Of a stretch of DNA of 64,000 nucleotides, positions 19,460-29,956 are shown one piece after another. Under the pieces are notes generated by a model. The model was not told the DNA's origin. It searched no databases and was given only the letters and a program-made list of their open reading frames with translations. The stretch comes from Dehalococcoidia bacterium. GTDB taxonomy: Bacteria; Chloroflexota; Dehalococcoidia; Lucifugimonadales; UBA3495. The DNA lies in assembly GCA_965249145.1 (NCBI GenBank), contig OZ252223.1:585757-649756 (forward strand). Direction: 5' to 3'. A program made the position numbers and the translations under genes. Position 1 is the first letter of the stretch; every line of letters begins with the position of its first letter.

Positions 19460-21139
19460 CTAATACTTCCTCTCTTCAGGAGTCCACCTGGTGATGTTGA
19501 CCGGGGAGTACGAGATCTCGGGCCCCGTCTCGCCCTTGGTGACTACCAGGTGCTTCATCCAGTTCTCGTCGTCCCGGTCCGGGTAGTCGGTGCGGGACTG
19601 AGCGCCTCGGCTGTCCTTGCGGTCGAGCGCGCTGACCACGATGGGAGGCGCGCAGTCCAGCATGAACCCCAACTCCAGCCCGAACACCAAGTCGGTGTTG
19701 AACACGCGGCCCTTATTTTCGACGGGCACGCTCTTGTAGCGCTCGACCAGTTGTTCCATGTCACCCAGCGATTCTTCCATCCCTTCCTGGTTGCGGAAGA
19801 CGGCTAGGTTGCGGTTCATCGACTCGCCCATGCCCAAGCGGATGCTGGCGATGCGGTCGCCGTTGGCGGGCCGGTCCAGGAATTCCTGCAACCGCCGCTC
19901 TTCGTTCTTGACCGCCTGCTCGACATTGAACTCCACGTAGTCGACGCCACGAGAAGCCTCGGCGGCGTGATTGCCCGAGCGCTCGCCGAACACGATGGTG
20001 TCCAGCAGAGAGTTGGCGCCCAAACGGTTCCCTCCGTGCACGCTCACGCAGGCACACTCGCCAGCGGCGTAGACGCCGGGCAGGTTGGTCAGTCCATCCA
20101 CGTCGGTCTTGATGCCGCCCATCATGTAGTGCATCCCCGGTCGGATGGGAATGGGCTCACGGATCATGTCCGCTCCCGCAAGGTCGATGCCAATCTCTCG
20201 GATCTGGCTCAGCTTCTCCATGATCAGGGACTCGCCCAAGTGTCGGCAGTCCAGCAGAACATTCCCGTTAATGCCGTTGCCACCGTTGATCTCCGTCTGC
20301 TCGGCCCGGGAGACCACGTCACGCGAGGCAAGCTCCATCATGTTCGGAGCGTATTTGCTCATGAAGCGGTCGCCGTTCTTGTCCAGCAGGTAGGCGCCCT
20401 CCCCTCGGGCGGCTTCGGAGATGAGCACACCGCTCCCTGCCAGGGTGGTCGGGTGGTACTGCACCATCTCCATGTCCATCAACTGGGACCCGGCGTTGTA
20501 GGCCAACGCCATGCCATCGCCGGTAACGATGAGCGCGTTCGTGCTGGGCTCGAACACTCGCCCCAGGCCGCCGGTGCAGAAGATGACCGTTTTGGCCCGG
20601 ATAGCATAGACCTGGCCGGTCCGGATTTCCAAGGCCATCACGCCGCAGGTCTGCCCGTCCTCGATGATCAGGGAGGTCACGAACCACTCTTCGTAGCGGC
20701 GGACGCCGGACTTGATTAGCTGCTCGAACATCACGTGGAGCAGCGCTTGGCCGGTGAAGTCACCAACGAAGAAGGTGCGGGCCCGGCGCTGGCCGCCAAA
20801 GGCCCGTGTGCCCAGATAGCCGTCGTCGTCGCGGTTGAAGGTGACGCCCATGTGCTCCATGTCGATGAGGGCCTGCCCTGCCGCGCGGCACATGACCTCA
20901 ATGGCGTCCTGGTCGCCCAGGAAGTCGCTGCCCTTGACCGTGTCGTAGGCATGGTCTTCCCAGTCGTCTCCGCGGTCGGTGAGCGCGGCGTTGATGCCGC
21001 CTTGGGCCGCGTTGGAGTGGCTGCGCACCGGATGAACCTTGCTGATAATGGCCGTGTTGGCGCCGTTGGCCCGCGCGGCGATGGCCGCCCGCATTCCAGC
21101 CAACCCGGCCCCGATTACCAGGACGTCATGCTCAAGCAT
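19460..21139 (-). CDS. sdhA: succinate dehydrogenase/fumarate reductase flavoprotein subunit
   Basis: HDVLVIGAGLAGMRAA, RSHSNAAQGGINA (FAD-His), HYMMGGI. Confidence 0.95.
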   Translation of the reverse strand: MLEHDVLVIGAGLAGMRAAIAARANGANTAIISKVHPVRSHSNAAQGGINAALTDRGDDWEDHAYDTVKGSDFLGDQDAIEVMCRAAGQALIDMEHMGVTFNRDDDGYLGTRAFGGQRRARTFFVGDFTGQALLHVMFEQLIKSGVRRYEEWFVTSLIIEDGQTCGVMALEIRTGQVYAIRAKTVIFCTGGLGRVFEPSTNALIVTGDGMALAYNAGSQLMDMEMVQYHPTTLAGSGVLISEAARGEGAYLLDKNGDRFMSKYAPNMMELASRDVVSRAEQTEINGGNGINGNVLLDCRHLGESLIMEKLSQIREIGIDLAGADMIREPIPIRPGMHYMMGGIKTDVDGLTNLPGVYAAGECACVSVHGGNRLGANSLLDTIVFGERSGNHAAEASRGVDYVEFNVEQAVKNEERRLQEFLDRPANGDRIASIRLGMGESMNRNLAVFRNQEGMEESLGDMEQLVERYKSVPVENKGRVFNTDLVFGLELGFMLDCAPPIVVSALDRKDSRGAQSRTDYPDRDDENWMKHLVVTKGETGPEISYSPVNITRWTPEERKY

Positions 21140-21374
21140 GCTTGCCTATTTCCTCCCGGTGATGCCTTTCGTCCCATCAATACGGCCCGGAGGCGTATCT
21201 GACGGAGCACGATTTACGAATTCGATCCCTTCGGAAAGCCGTCCCATATCTTAACAAAAATGGGGTGGGCCTACTAGCGTCGCCGGAGCGGACACTGAGA
21301 CTCTCGGTCCTGTTCGGTCTGGGTGTTGCCGATTCCCGCCCACTCGTGGACGACCGAGGCGGAGCCGGTCCGCC

Positions 21375-22220
21375 CTAAACCGCAATCTTCAACGCGTGGC
21401 GGGCGTTTTCAGTCAAGACCTTGGGCAACACCTGGTCCCGGATATCCAAGTTTTGGAAGTCGGCCAGCCAGCGGTCCGGCTGGATGAACGGAAAGTCCGA
21501 GCCGAACATCACCTTGTCCTGCAGCCGCGTGTTGGTTTCGCGGATCAGCTGCTCCGGGATGAACCGGGGCATCCAGCCAGACAGGTCGAGGTACACGTTG
21601 GACTTGTGCAGCGCGACGGCTATCTGCTGGTCAATCCAAGGCCAACCAGGGTGGGCCATGATGATGGTCATGTTGGGGAAGTCGGCGGCCACGTCGTCGA
21701 AGCAGGGGATCGGCTGACTGTACTTCAGCTTCAGCCCACTGCCGCCGGGCGTGCCCGATCCCGCGCCCGCGAACCCGGAATGGAACAGCACCGGGATGCC
21801 CAGTCCGTCCGCGACCTCATAGAGCGGGTAGAAACGCGTGTCGTTGGGGAAGAATGCTTGGTGCACCGGGTGCAGCTTTAGCCCCCTTAGGCCCAGCTCG
21901 TTGATCGATCGCTCAAGCTCGAAGCAGGCGGCCTTGCCCATCCACGGGTCGACCGACGCGAACCCCATGAACTGCTCGGGGTGCTGGTTGACGATGCTGG
22001 CCACCCAATCGTTGCTGTCGGGCTTCTCACCGGTATTGGTGGTGGTGTCCACCGAGAAGATGACGCCGAAAATGTCCAGGTCGCGGAACTTGTCGGCCAT
22101 CTCCGCCGGGTCCTTGGGTGGCGGAGGAGCCCGGAAATAGCGCAGCAGCTCGGCCTCGATCTCTATCTCGGGCAAACCCGGCTCCCGGGGGACGTGGATG
22201 TGCATGTCGATGGCTTGCAT
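21375..22220 (-). CDS. amidohydrolase family protein (amidohydrolase_2 type)
   Basis: MQAIDMHIHVP metal motif. GGAGG lies upstream of ATG 22220. The first 56 aa of the track ORF (to 22388) are Arg/Pro-rich junk overlapping the Uma2 gene. Confidence 0.8.
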   Translation of the reverse strand: MQAIDMHIHVPREPGLPEIEIEAELLRYFRAPPPPKDPAEMADKFRDLDIFGVIFSVDTTTNTGEKPDSNDWVASIVNQHPEQFMGFASVDPWMGKAACFELERSINELGLRGLKLHPVHQAFFPNDTRFYPLYEVADGLGIPVLFHSGFAGAGSGTPGGSGLKLKYSQPIPCFDDVAADFPNMTIIMAHPGWPWIDQQIAVALHKSNVYLDLSGWMPRFIPEQLIRETNTRLQDKVMFGSDFPFIQPDRWLADFQNLDIRDQVLPKVLTENARHALKIAV

Positions 22221-22243
22221 GGCGTGGCACCTCCGGTTGGCGA

Positions 22244-22951
22244 TTAGCCTCTCAGGCGGCGCAGTTCTTCTTCCAACTCCCGGACCCTGGCCTCGGCAGC
22301 GGCGCGCGCGGCCTGTTCTCCGCCCAAGTCGAGCAGGTAAGCGTCGGTCCGGTGGTCGTAGAAGGCGATCATCTCGTCTCGCCAGCAAATGCTCAAGTCC
22401 AGCACCGGGCTAAAGGCCTTGAGCACCCCGTCGGGCTCGTGGGTCAGATCGAAGGGACGGTACGAGCCTTCGACGAGGCGGTCACCCGCCAACGGCTCGC
22501 CGTAGTGCTCGCCTCCGGTGCCGTCGAAGCGCCAGTATTCTGGAACGCCGATACGGGCGTATATGTCGCGCTCCAAACCGACGTCCCGCCTGGCCGTGGT
22601 TTCCGAGGCGACTTCCAGCACGAAGTCCGGCGGCTTGCCGGCTTCCCAGGGTAGGTAGAGCTGTCGTGACGTAATGGCGAGAGCGTCCACCCCGATTGCG
22701 ACGTAAAAATCGGGGCCGACCCGCACGTTCAGGTTGTTCGGGTCGTAACAGATAAACGTATTGCTGCTGGAGAAAACCCCACCGGACCCGTGCACCTTGT
22801 CTAGGTAATTGCCGAGTATGGAGATCGTCTCTTTGAGGGCTGGAAACTGGTACATACCGTCCGGCAGTGGTTCGGGGTCGTCCGGGTTATAGGACAGACT
22901 TTCGTAGTCGATTTCTGTTATCAGCTTGTAGACGAGCTTCGTTGTGGTCAT
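22244..22951 (-). CDS. Uma2 (DUF820) family PD-(D/E)xK endonuclease with a coiled-coil tail
   Basis: PDFVLEVASETTARRDVGLERDIYARIGVPEYWRFD, then AEARVRELEEELRRLRG. Confidence 0.8.
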   Translation of the reverse strand: MTTTKLVYKLITEIDYESLSYNPDDPEPLPDGMYQFPALKETISILGNYLDKVHGSGGVFSSSNTFICYDPNNLNVRVGPDFYVAIGVDALAITSRQLYLPWEAGKPPDFVLEVASETTARRDVGLERDIYARIGVPEYWRFDGTGGEHYGEPLAGDRLVEGSYRPFDLTHEPDGVLKAFSPVLDLSICWRDEMIAFYDHRTDAYLLDLGGEQAARAAAEARVRELEEELRRLRG

Positions 22952-22996
22952 GCCGGGCCTCCGGTAAATGTTATCACAGCCTCCTCAGAACTGAGC

Positions 22997-23356
22997 TTAC
23001 AGTGTGCGGCGCCTACGCCGGGACGCAGCCGTCTTTTCCGGCAGGCTGCGATTGAAGGCCAGCCCGAGGCCCACCCAGCGGGCCAAGGACTCGTCGTCGG
23101 CGAGACCGGGCGGTCCGACGATAATCGAGCCCCGCATCGGTCGGCCAGTAAAGTCCATCGGGCGGACATTGGGCTGACGGAGGAATTCTTCGTACGGCCC
23201 CTCTCCGATTCGCAGCATCAAGGAATCCCCCATGACGCCGCAGCACATGTTGCCCCGCACCATGAAGCACAGGCCCCCGAACATCTTCACTTCACCGACG
23301 TCTTGGTCCAGCAGGGCGCCGCGCACGCGGACGGCTAATTCCTCGCTGTAGGCCAC
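22997..23356 (-). CDS. TfoX N-terminal domain protein
   Basis: VKMFGGLCFMVRGNMCCGVMGDSLMLRIG is typical of the TfoX_N domain. Confidence 0.65.
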   Translation of the reverse strand: MAYSEELAVRVRGALLDQDVGEVKMFGGLCFMVRGNMCCGVMGDSLMLRIGEGPYEEFLRQPNVRPMDFTGRPMRGSIIVGPPGLADDESLARWVGLGLAFNRSLPEKTAASRRRRRTL

Positions 23357-23371
23357 CTTGACCTCCCGGGA

Positions 23372-23932
23372 CTATCTGGACTCCAGCAGCCGTTGGGCCA
23401 TCAGCAGCGAGGCGATGGTCTTGCCGTCCTGAATCTCGCCCGACTCGATCATGGCCAGCGCTTCGCCGAATGGCACCCGCACCACTTGGATGTTCTCGTC
23501 GTCGTCGGCGCTCAGTTTCGACGGAGTGAGGCCGGTGGTCAGATAGGCGTGCATCCGCTCCGTGGCCCAGCCGGGGGCCACCCAGAAGCTGGCCAGATGG
23601 GTAACATTGGCCGCGGTGTAGCCAACCTCTTCCTGCAATTCGCGGAGCACCGTGTCCTCGGAGACCTCCCCTGCTTCCACCCCGCCCGCCGGGACCTCCA
23701 GGATGGAAGACTCCGTGGGCTTGCGGTATTGGCGGACCAGCAGCACGTTGCCCTCGTCATCCACCGCCACCATGCACACGGCGTCGGAGTGCTCGGCCAC
23801 TTCGCGGATCGTGCGCCGCCCACTGGGCAACTCGACGGTATCGACGCGGACGCTGAAGATGCGGCCCTCGAAATGGCGGGTGGTCTCCACAGTGTTCTCG
23901 AACTGGGCGGGGCCAGTGTTGGAATCAGCCAA
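23372..23932 (-). CDS. NUDIX hydrolase (ADP-ribose pyrophosphatase-like)
   Basis: Nudix box GGVEAGEVSEDTVLRELQEEVGY. Confidence 0.85.
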   Translation of the reverse strand: MADSNTGPAQFENTVETTRHFEGRIFSVRVDTVELPSGRRTIREVAEHSDAVCMVAVDDEGNVLLVRQYRKPTESSILEVPAGGVEAGEVSEDTVLRELQEEVGYTAANVTHLASFWVAPGWATERMHAYLTTGLTPSKLSADDDENIQVVRVPFGEALAMIESGEIQDGKTIASLLMAQRLLESR

Positions 23933-23940
23933 GGGGCCTC

Positions 23941-24783
23941 CTATTGGCCCCGGATGCTGAATCCGAGGCGGCGGGTCAGGGTGCCGAAGAAGTACGATGG
24001 CGGATTGGCCCGGAGGAAGGTGGCCTTGTGCGGGCTCTGCTTCATTTCCACGAGATCGCCGGGGTTGAGATCGAAGTCCTCGTAACCGTCCACGCTTAGG
24101 ACGCCTGGCTGGTAGCCCTCCAACCGCAGTGACACCTCTGTACCCGACTGCAGCACCAAGGCGGCGGTGAGGCCCATGTGGGCCGCCACTGTCTTGAGCA
24201 CCAGCGCGTCGGACTCCGGGTCCAGGATCGGCCCACCCACCGCCAGGTTGTAGCCAGTGCTGCCAGTGGCGGTGGAGAGAATCAGTCCGTCGGCGCGGAA
24301 CGTGGAGACTTGGGCCCCATCGATAGTTCCGGCCAGCGTGACCACGCGCGAGGCGGCCCCACGCGCCACCACCACGTCGTTCAGGGCGTGATAGGGCCCT
24401 TCGGTGAAGGTCGAGCCCGCCTTGGTGACCGTCGCTTGGAGCATGTTGCGCTCGTCGGTGCGGTAGGTACCCTTCAGGTAGTGAGGCAACCTCGACATCG
24501 CCTCGTCCACCTGCAATTCGGTCATGAAACCCAGGCGGCCCATGTTGATGCCCACAATTGGTATCCGGGCCGGGCCAGTGAAGCGCACCGCCCGCAGGAT
24601 CGTCCCGTCCCCGCCGACCGTGATCACCATGTCGGTTGACTCGGCCCTCGGCGCCAATAGCTCCAGGTTTTCCGCAGGCGAAATCCAGCTGTCTTCCGCC
24701 AAGTTTAGCTCGTGGAGAATGGCGGTGCTCAGGTCGAGCGCCTCCGGAATCCGGGCGTTATATATGATGCCTACGGAGTTCAT
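23941..24783 (-). CDS. nadK: NAD+ kinase
   Basis: DMVITVGGDGTILRA, NMGRLGFMTE, STATGSTGYNLAVGGPI. Confidence 0.9.
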   Translation of the reverse strand: MNSVGIIYNARIPEALDLSTAILHELNLAEDSWISPAENLELLAPRAESTDMVITVGGDGTILRAVRFTGPARIPIVGINMGRLGFMTELQVDEAMSRLPHYLKGTYRTDERNMLQATVTKAGSTFTEGPYHALNDVVVARGAASRVVTLAGTIDGAQVSTFRADGLILSTATGSTGYNLAVGGPILDPESDALVLKTVAAHMGLTAALVLQSGTEVSLRLEGYQPGVLSVDGYEDFDLNPGDLVEMKQSPHKATFLRANPPSYFFGTLTRRLGFSIRGQ

Positions 24784-24792
24784 GCGCCGGTA

Positions 24793-26322
24793 TTATACCG
24801 CCAACGCCCGCACAGCGACCTCGGCGGCGTTCATCACGAACCCGGGCGCCACACCCATGAACAGCATCGCCCCGCCAGCAACGCCCAACGCCAGCCAGGG
24901 GGCCGGGGAGCGAGACGCACGCGAGTCGGACGCGCCCTCGGCAGGCTGCAGGAACATCAACCGGATTATCCGAACGTAGTAGTAGGCCGAGACCGCGCTG
25001 TTGATTACTCCGATGATCGCCAGCCAGGTGAGACCGCTCTTCACGGCGGCGGTAAACACATAGAGTTTCGCGATGAAGATGCTGGTTGGGGGCACCCCGA
25101 TCAGCGCGATCAGCGCCAAGGCCAGGACCACTGCCAAGACCGGCGAGCGGGACACCAGGCCGGCGTAATCGCTGATGCGGTCGCTCCCTATTCGGGAGTA
25201 GATTGCGGCGATGGCGAAGAAGGCGGTTAGGTTGGCGGCGGTGTAGGCCCCCAGGTAGAACAGCACACTGTCCGGCCCGATGGACGCGAACTCCGGCACC
25301 CCGTTCCCCGACGAATTCACCCCGGCCGCCACGCCCACCAGCAGATAGCCCGCGTGGGCAATGGTGCTGTAACCGAACAACCGCCGTATGTTGCTCTGGG
25401 CGATGGCCACGGCGTTGCCGATAATCATCGAGGCCGCTGCCAGCGCCGCCATCAGGACCGCCCAGTCCAAGGCGACGTCGAAGAAGCCGGTGAAGAACAC
25501 CCGCAGCAGAATCGCGAACGCGGCCGCCTTGCTGGCCACCGACAAGAACGCTACTACAGGCGTGGGCCCGCCCTCGTATACGTCGGGCACCCACATCTGG
25601 AAGGGCACGGCGGAAATCTTGAACCCGAACCCGGCCACCATCAACACAATGCCAATGAGCAGCGCGTAGCTCCCGAATGCCACGCTTCCGGCGGTCTGGC
25701 CCACGGCCGCCGAAATGTCGGCGAGCTGGGTGCTGCCACTGGCCCCGAAGACCAACGCCATGCCATAGAGCATCACCGCCGAGCTGATGGCCCCGATGAT
25801 CAGGAATTTCATGCCCGCCTCGCTGGAACGGGCGTGCATCATGAACGCCGCCAGCGCCGCCAAGGGCAAGGTGGTCAGCTCCAACGCGATGTAGATGGTT
25901 ATCAGCTCGGTGGCCGCCGCCAGCAGCATCATCCCGGTGGCGGAGAACAACACCAGCCCGAAGTACTCCCCTTGGAAGCGGGACATCTGCCGAACGTAGT
26001 CGGTGGACGCCAAAACCACCAATGCCGCTGCCGCCGTAACCAGGAAGTTGAAGAACAGCGCGAACCGGTCCACCGCTAGACTGGACAAGAGGATGCTCGG
26101 CTCCGAGCTACCGTCGAGCCCCGTACCCCGCACCAGGTTATGGGCGTCGTTGAGGTCCCAGAGCTGCACCAAGCTGAGGACGAAGGGCGCGGCCAGCAAA
26201 AGGAACGCCGCATAGGGCAGAATGCCTTTTCGCGGGACCACGAGGTCCAGCAGGATGACCAGCAACGCCGCGCCAGCCATGGCGACGTACGGAGAGACTA
26301 CGTAGAGGTCGTAAGCGGTCAT
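24793..26322 (-). CDS. nuoN: NADH-quinone oxidoreductase subunit N
   Basis: 509-aa polytopic antiporter-like subunit, last gene in the nuo order. Confidence 0.85.
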   Translation of the reverse strand: MTAYDLYVVSPYVAMAGAALLVILLDLVVPRKGILPYAAFLLLAAPFVLSLVQLWDLNDAHNLVRGTGLDGSSEPSILLSSLAVDRFALFFNFLVTAAAALVVLASTDYVRQMSRFQGEYFGLVLFSATGMMLLAAATELITIYIALELTTLPLAALAAFMMHARSSEAGMKFLIIGAISSAVMLYGMALVFGASGSTQLADISAAVGQTAGSVAFGSYALLIGIVLMVAGFGFKISAVPFQMWVPDVYEGGPTPVVAFLSVASKAAAFAILLRVFFTGFFDVALDWAVLMAALAAASMIIGNAVAIAQSNIRRLFGYSTIAHAGYLLVGVAAGVNSSGNGVPEFASIGPDSVLFYLGAYTAANLTAFFAIAAIYSRIGSDRISDYAGLVSRSPVLAVVLALALIALIGVPPTSIFIAKLYVFTAAVKSGLTWLAIIGVINSAVSAYYYVRIIRLMFLQPAEGASDSRASRSPAPWLALGVAGGAMLFMGVAPGFVMNAAEVAVRALAV

Positions 26323-26328
26323 TGCTGG

Positions 26329-27843
26329 CTAACCGCCGTTCAGCGCGCCGACCATCGGGGCCAGCCCGGACTCAAATACGTCGGTCAGAATTGCCGGGTA
26401 CACGCCCACCCCGATGATGCTCACCACCATCAGGGCCAGGGGCGCGGCCTCGACCAAAGAGGCGTCGGTCAGCTCGGCGAACCGCTCGCGGCGCACTCCG
26501 AAGAAGGTACGCTCCATCATCCACAGGATGTAGCCCGCCGCTAGCACGATCCCAAGCACCGCCAGCACGGTGGGCCATTCGTAGGCCCGGAAGGCCCCTA
26601 GGAACACCAGCAACTCGGATACGAAACCGCTGAGGCCGGGCAACCCCAGCGACGCCAGACCCGCAATGAGCATGGCGGCGGCGACCAGCGGCATCCGCCC
26701 GGCCAGCCCCCCCAGGTCGGGGATATACCGGGTGTGGGCTTTGTCGTAGACCAAGCCCACGGCCAAGAAGAGAAGCCCGGTGATGGTGCCGTGGGTGAAT
26801 AGCTGCATCGCCGCGCCGCTCAGTCCGGTAACGGTCAGCCCGCCGTCGGCCACGCCAACCGAGCCGATGCCCAGCAGCACCAGCCCCATGTGGCTCACGC
26901 TGGAATAGGCGATCAGCCGCTTCAAGTCGGTCTGCCGAATGGTCACGACCGCTCCGTAAAGCACGCTGATCACGCCGAGCGCCACCAGCGCCCAAGCGAA
27001 TTGCTCGGTCTGACCAGGGAAGATTCCCACGTTTATCCGCAGCAACCCGTAGCCGCCCATCTTCAAAAGCACCCCGGCCAGCATCACACTGGCGGCCGTG
27101 GGCGCGTCGGTATGGGCGTCGGGCAGCCAGGTGTGCAGCGGCCAGGTTGGGAGCTTGACGGCGAAGGCGACGAAGAACAGCCAGAACAGTCCGGCCAGCG
27201 GCACCAACACCGCCGCCGAAGCCAGCGCACCGTTGGCCGAGGACAGCTCGATGAGATTGAACGTACCCACTTCCGGGGTCAGGAACACCGCCACGATCGC
27301 CACCAGCATGAAGGCGCTGCCCAAGATGGTGAAGATCAGGAATTTCATCGCCGAGTATTCTTTGCGCCCGCTCCCCCAGATGGAGATGAGCATGTACATC
27401 GGCGCCAGCTCCAGCTCCCAGAATAGGAAGAATAGGAGCAGGTCCAGCGAGGTGAACACCCCCATCACCGCCGTCTGGAGCACCAGCAGCCAGAAGAAAT
27501 ATTCCTTGACTCGCAGTTTGATGTGCCAAGAGGCCAGCACCGCGCACGTGCCCAACAATCCGGTCAGGGCCACCAGCGGCGCGCTCAGGCCGTCGACGGC
27601 CAGCAGGTAGGAAGCCTCGAGCCCCACGTCGGGTATCCAGGCGAACTGGTCGATGAACTGGAAGCGCTCCGCGTCGGCGGCCCGGTCGAAGAGGGCGAAG
27701 ACGAGGAGCGACAGCGCCAAGTCGGCCAGCACGACCGCCACCGCCACACCGCGGACCACGCGGTCGCCGCGAAGCAGCAGCAATATGACCGCCCCAACCG
27801 CAGGAAGAAAGACAGTAGCGGTTAAGAGCCCGTTGAACTCCAA
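26329..27843 (-). CDS. nuoM: NADH-quinone oxidoreductase subunit M
   Basis: 504 aa: WLPDAHTDAPTAASVMLAGVLLKMGGYG. Confidence 0.9.
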   Translation of the reverse strand: MEFNGLLTATVFLPAVGAVILLLLRGDRVVRGVAVAVVLADLALSLLVFALFDRAADAERFQFIDQFAWIPDVGLEASYLLAVDGLSAPLVALTGLLGTCAVLASWHIKLRVKEYFFWLLVLQTAVMGVFTSLDLLLFFLFWELELAPMYMLISIWGSGRKEYSAMKFLIFTILGSAFMLVAIVAVFLTPEVGTFNLIELSSANGALASAAVLVPLAGLFWLFFVAFAVKLPTWPLHTWLPDAHTDAPTAASVMLAGVLLKMGGYGLLRINVGIFPGQTEQFAWALVALGVISVLYGAVVTIRQTDLKRLIAYSSVSHMGLVLLGIGSVGVADGGLTVTGLSGAAMQLFTHGTITGLLFLAVGLVYDKAHTRYIPDLGGLAGRMPLVAAAMLIAGLASLGLPGLSGFVSELLVFLGAFRAYEWPTVLAVLGIVLAAGYILWMMERTFFGVRRERFAELTDASLVEAAPLALMVVSIIGVGVYPAILTDVFESGLAPMVGALNGG

Positions 27844-27925
27844 CTAACTCGTCTCCGTCATCCCGGCCCCCGCCGCGACCCAGGACTCAACGCCCCTGCC
27901 TCCGTGTCCCACAACCCTCACCAAA

Positions 27926-29956
27926 CTAGGCCAGCAGGAACCCCAGGATGATCAGCAGGGCCCCGAAGGCTACAACAGTCCCGTAGGCCTGCACCTGGCC
28001 GGTCTGTAGGCGGCCGATAGCCGAGCCGATGTTGCGGAAGAACCAACCGATCAGGTCCACCAGGCCGTCCACAATTCGGCGGTCCAGCCAGTTGAGGAGC
28101 CCCGCAACGATGCGGTAGAAGCCGGAGCGAACAATGACGTTCTCGTAGAGCACGTCGACGAAATACTTCTGGAAGAGCAGGGTGTGCAGCGGACCGGCGT
28201 ACTCCAGCGGGTCGCGCTCTTGGGCGCCCCGCCGCGAGTAGACCAACAGGGCTAAGCCTATTCCCGCAAGACCAGCCAAGGTGGACAAGAGGGCCACCCA
28301 CCAACTGAAGTCTTGCAACTCCGCATGCCCTTCACCGCCCAGCGAGACCAGCAGCCCGTCGGCCAAGAAGCCGGTCAGCCAGTGTTTGGCAACTCCGATC
28401 GCGTCTGCGAATGGCGGGCTGGCCATGTAGCCAAGCGCCACGGCCCCTACCCCCAATACGGCCATCGGCAGGACCATCACCAGCGGAGATTCGGCCAGGT
28501 GTACTCCGTCATGGGCTCCGGCAGGCGGGTGCCCTCCGCTGTCTTCCGCTTCTTGCTCCACGCCGCCCCGGAATTCGCCGTGAAAGGTCATCACGATCAT
28601 CCGCAGGGTGTAGAAGGCGGTCAGCGCCACTCCGGCCATCAGGAAGCCGAAGGTCACCCAGTTGAGCCACACGGCGGCGTGTCCGTGGCCGCCGAAAGCC
28701 CCCAGCAGGATCTCGTCCTTGCTCCAGAAACCGGCCAGGGGGATGATGCCCACCAAGCTTAGCCCGGCCAAGAGCACCAATACGTAGGTGACCGGCATGT
28801 GCCGCCGCAGCCCGCCCATATAGCGCATGTCGAAGGTGCCGCTGGCGTGGTTCACGCTGCCCGCGCCCAAGAACAGCAGCGCCTTGAAAACCGCATGGGT
28901 CACCAGGTGGAAGAGAGCCGGCGCATAGAGGCCGAGCCCCAAGGCGGCCATCATGTATCCAAGCTGGCTCACCGTGGAATAGGCCATCACCCGCTTTATG
29001 TCGTTCATCACCAGCCCCATGGTGGCGGCAAACAGCGCGGTGAACCCGCCGACGAGGGCGACCACCATCATGGCATCGGCCGACTGCTCGAAGACCGGGA
29101 AGAACCGGGCCACCAAGAAGACCCCGGCGGCGACCATGGTGGCAGCGTGAATCAAGGCGCTCACCGGCGTCGGCCCCTCCATGGCGTCGGGCAGCCAGGC
29201 ATGGAGCGGGAACTGGCCGGACTTGCCGACCGCTCCGGCGAAGATCCCCAAGGCCATCCAAGTCAGCGCCGCCCCGCCAAGCACCGCGCCCCCGGCGGCC
29301 AACGGCTGGGCCGCTTGCCAGATGTCGGGGATGTGGAACGCGTTCATGCCGATGGCGGCGAAGTCGTCGGCCTTCAGGAACAGGTACAGGATCGCGATCA
29401 AAAAGCCCACGTCGCCGATCCGGGTCACAATGAACGCCTTCTTGGCCGCCGCAGCAGCCAACGGACGCTCGTGCCAGAAGCCGATCAGCAGGTACGACGA
29501 TACCCCAACCAACTCCCAGAAGACGTAGAGCTGGACGATGTTGCTTGAAAGCACCAGGCCCAGCATCGAGGCGGTGAACAGGGACATGTAGGCGTAGTAC
29601 CGCGAGAAGCTCGGGTCGCCGTGCATGTACCCCAGCGAATAGACCTGGATGAGCAGGCTGATCGAGGTCACCACCACCAGCATCACGGCCGTTAGAGGGT
29701 CGACCAGCAACCCCATGTCGATGGTGGCGCCGCCGACTTCCAGCCACCGGAGCGGCTCGAACTCATGGGCGTGGCCGCCGATTACCGAGCCCAGCGTCCA
29801 CACGGCCAGGACTGTCGCGGCGATCAACGTCCCGATGGTGGCCAGGCCGCTCAGTATCGGCCAGCGGTTGAGAAAGGGCCGAATGACCAAAGCAATGACA
29901 ACGAAGGAGCCAAGGGGAAGCAGGAAGATCGCCCAAACGGCGCCGGCGGATACCAT
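27926..29956 (-). CDS. nuoL: NADH-quinone oxidoreductase subunit L
   Basis: 676 aa: HAWLPDAMEGPTPVSALIHAATMVAAGVFL, with a long C-terminal lateral-helix region. Confidence 0.9.
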   Translation of the reverse strand: MVSAGAVWAIFLLPLGSFVVIALVIRPFLNRWPILSGLATIGTLIAATVLAVWTLGSVIGGHAHEFEPLRWLEVGGATIDMGLLVDPLTAVMLVVVTSISLLIQVYSLGYMHGDPSFSRYYAYMSLFTASMLGLVLSSNIVQLYVFWELVGVSSYLLIGFWHERPLAAAAAKKAFIVTRIGDVGFLIAILYLFLKADDFAAIGMNAFHIPDIWQAAQPLAAGGAVLGGAALTWMALGIFAGAVGKSGQFPLHAWLPDAMEGPTPVSALIHAATMVAAGVFLVARFFPVFEQSADAMMVVALVGGFTALFAATMGLVMNDIKRVMAYSTVSQLGYMMAALGLGLYAPALFHLVTHAVFKALLFLGAGSVNHASGTFDMRYMGGLRRHMPVTYVLVLLAGLSLVGIIPLAGFWSKDEILLGAFGGHGHAAVWLNWVTFGFLMAGVALTAFYTLRMIVMTFHGEFRGGVEQEAEDSGGHPPAGAHDGVHLAESPLVMVLPMAVLGVGAVALGYMASPPFADAIGVAKHWLTGFLADGLLVSLGGEGHAELQDFSWWVALLSTLAGLAGIGLALLVYSRRGAQERDPLEYAGPLHTLLFQKYFVDVLYENVIVRSGFYRIVAGLLNWLDRRIVDGLVDLIGWFFRNIGSAIGRLQTGQVQAYGTVVAFGALLIILGFLLA

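Noticed and set aside
21375-22388. N-terminal extensions of track ORFs (21375..22388, 46798..47686, 47598..48665, 51879..52862, 57056..57718, 36926..37633, 44767..45900).
   Set aside because: The extensions are Arg/Pro-rich and overlap the neighbouring gene, while an internal ATG with a GGAGG-type RBS coincides with the start of family homology. The shorter coordinates were used.
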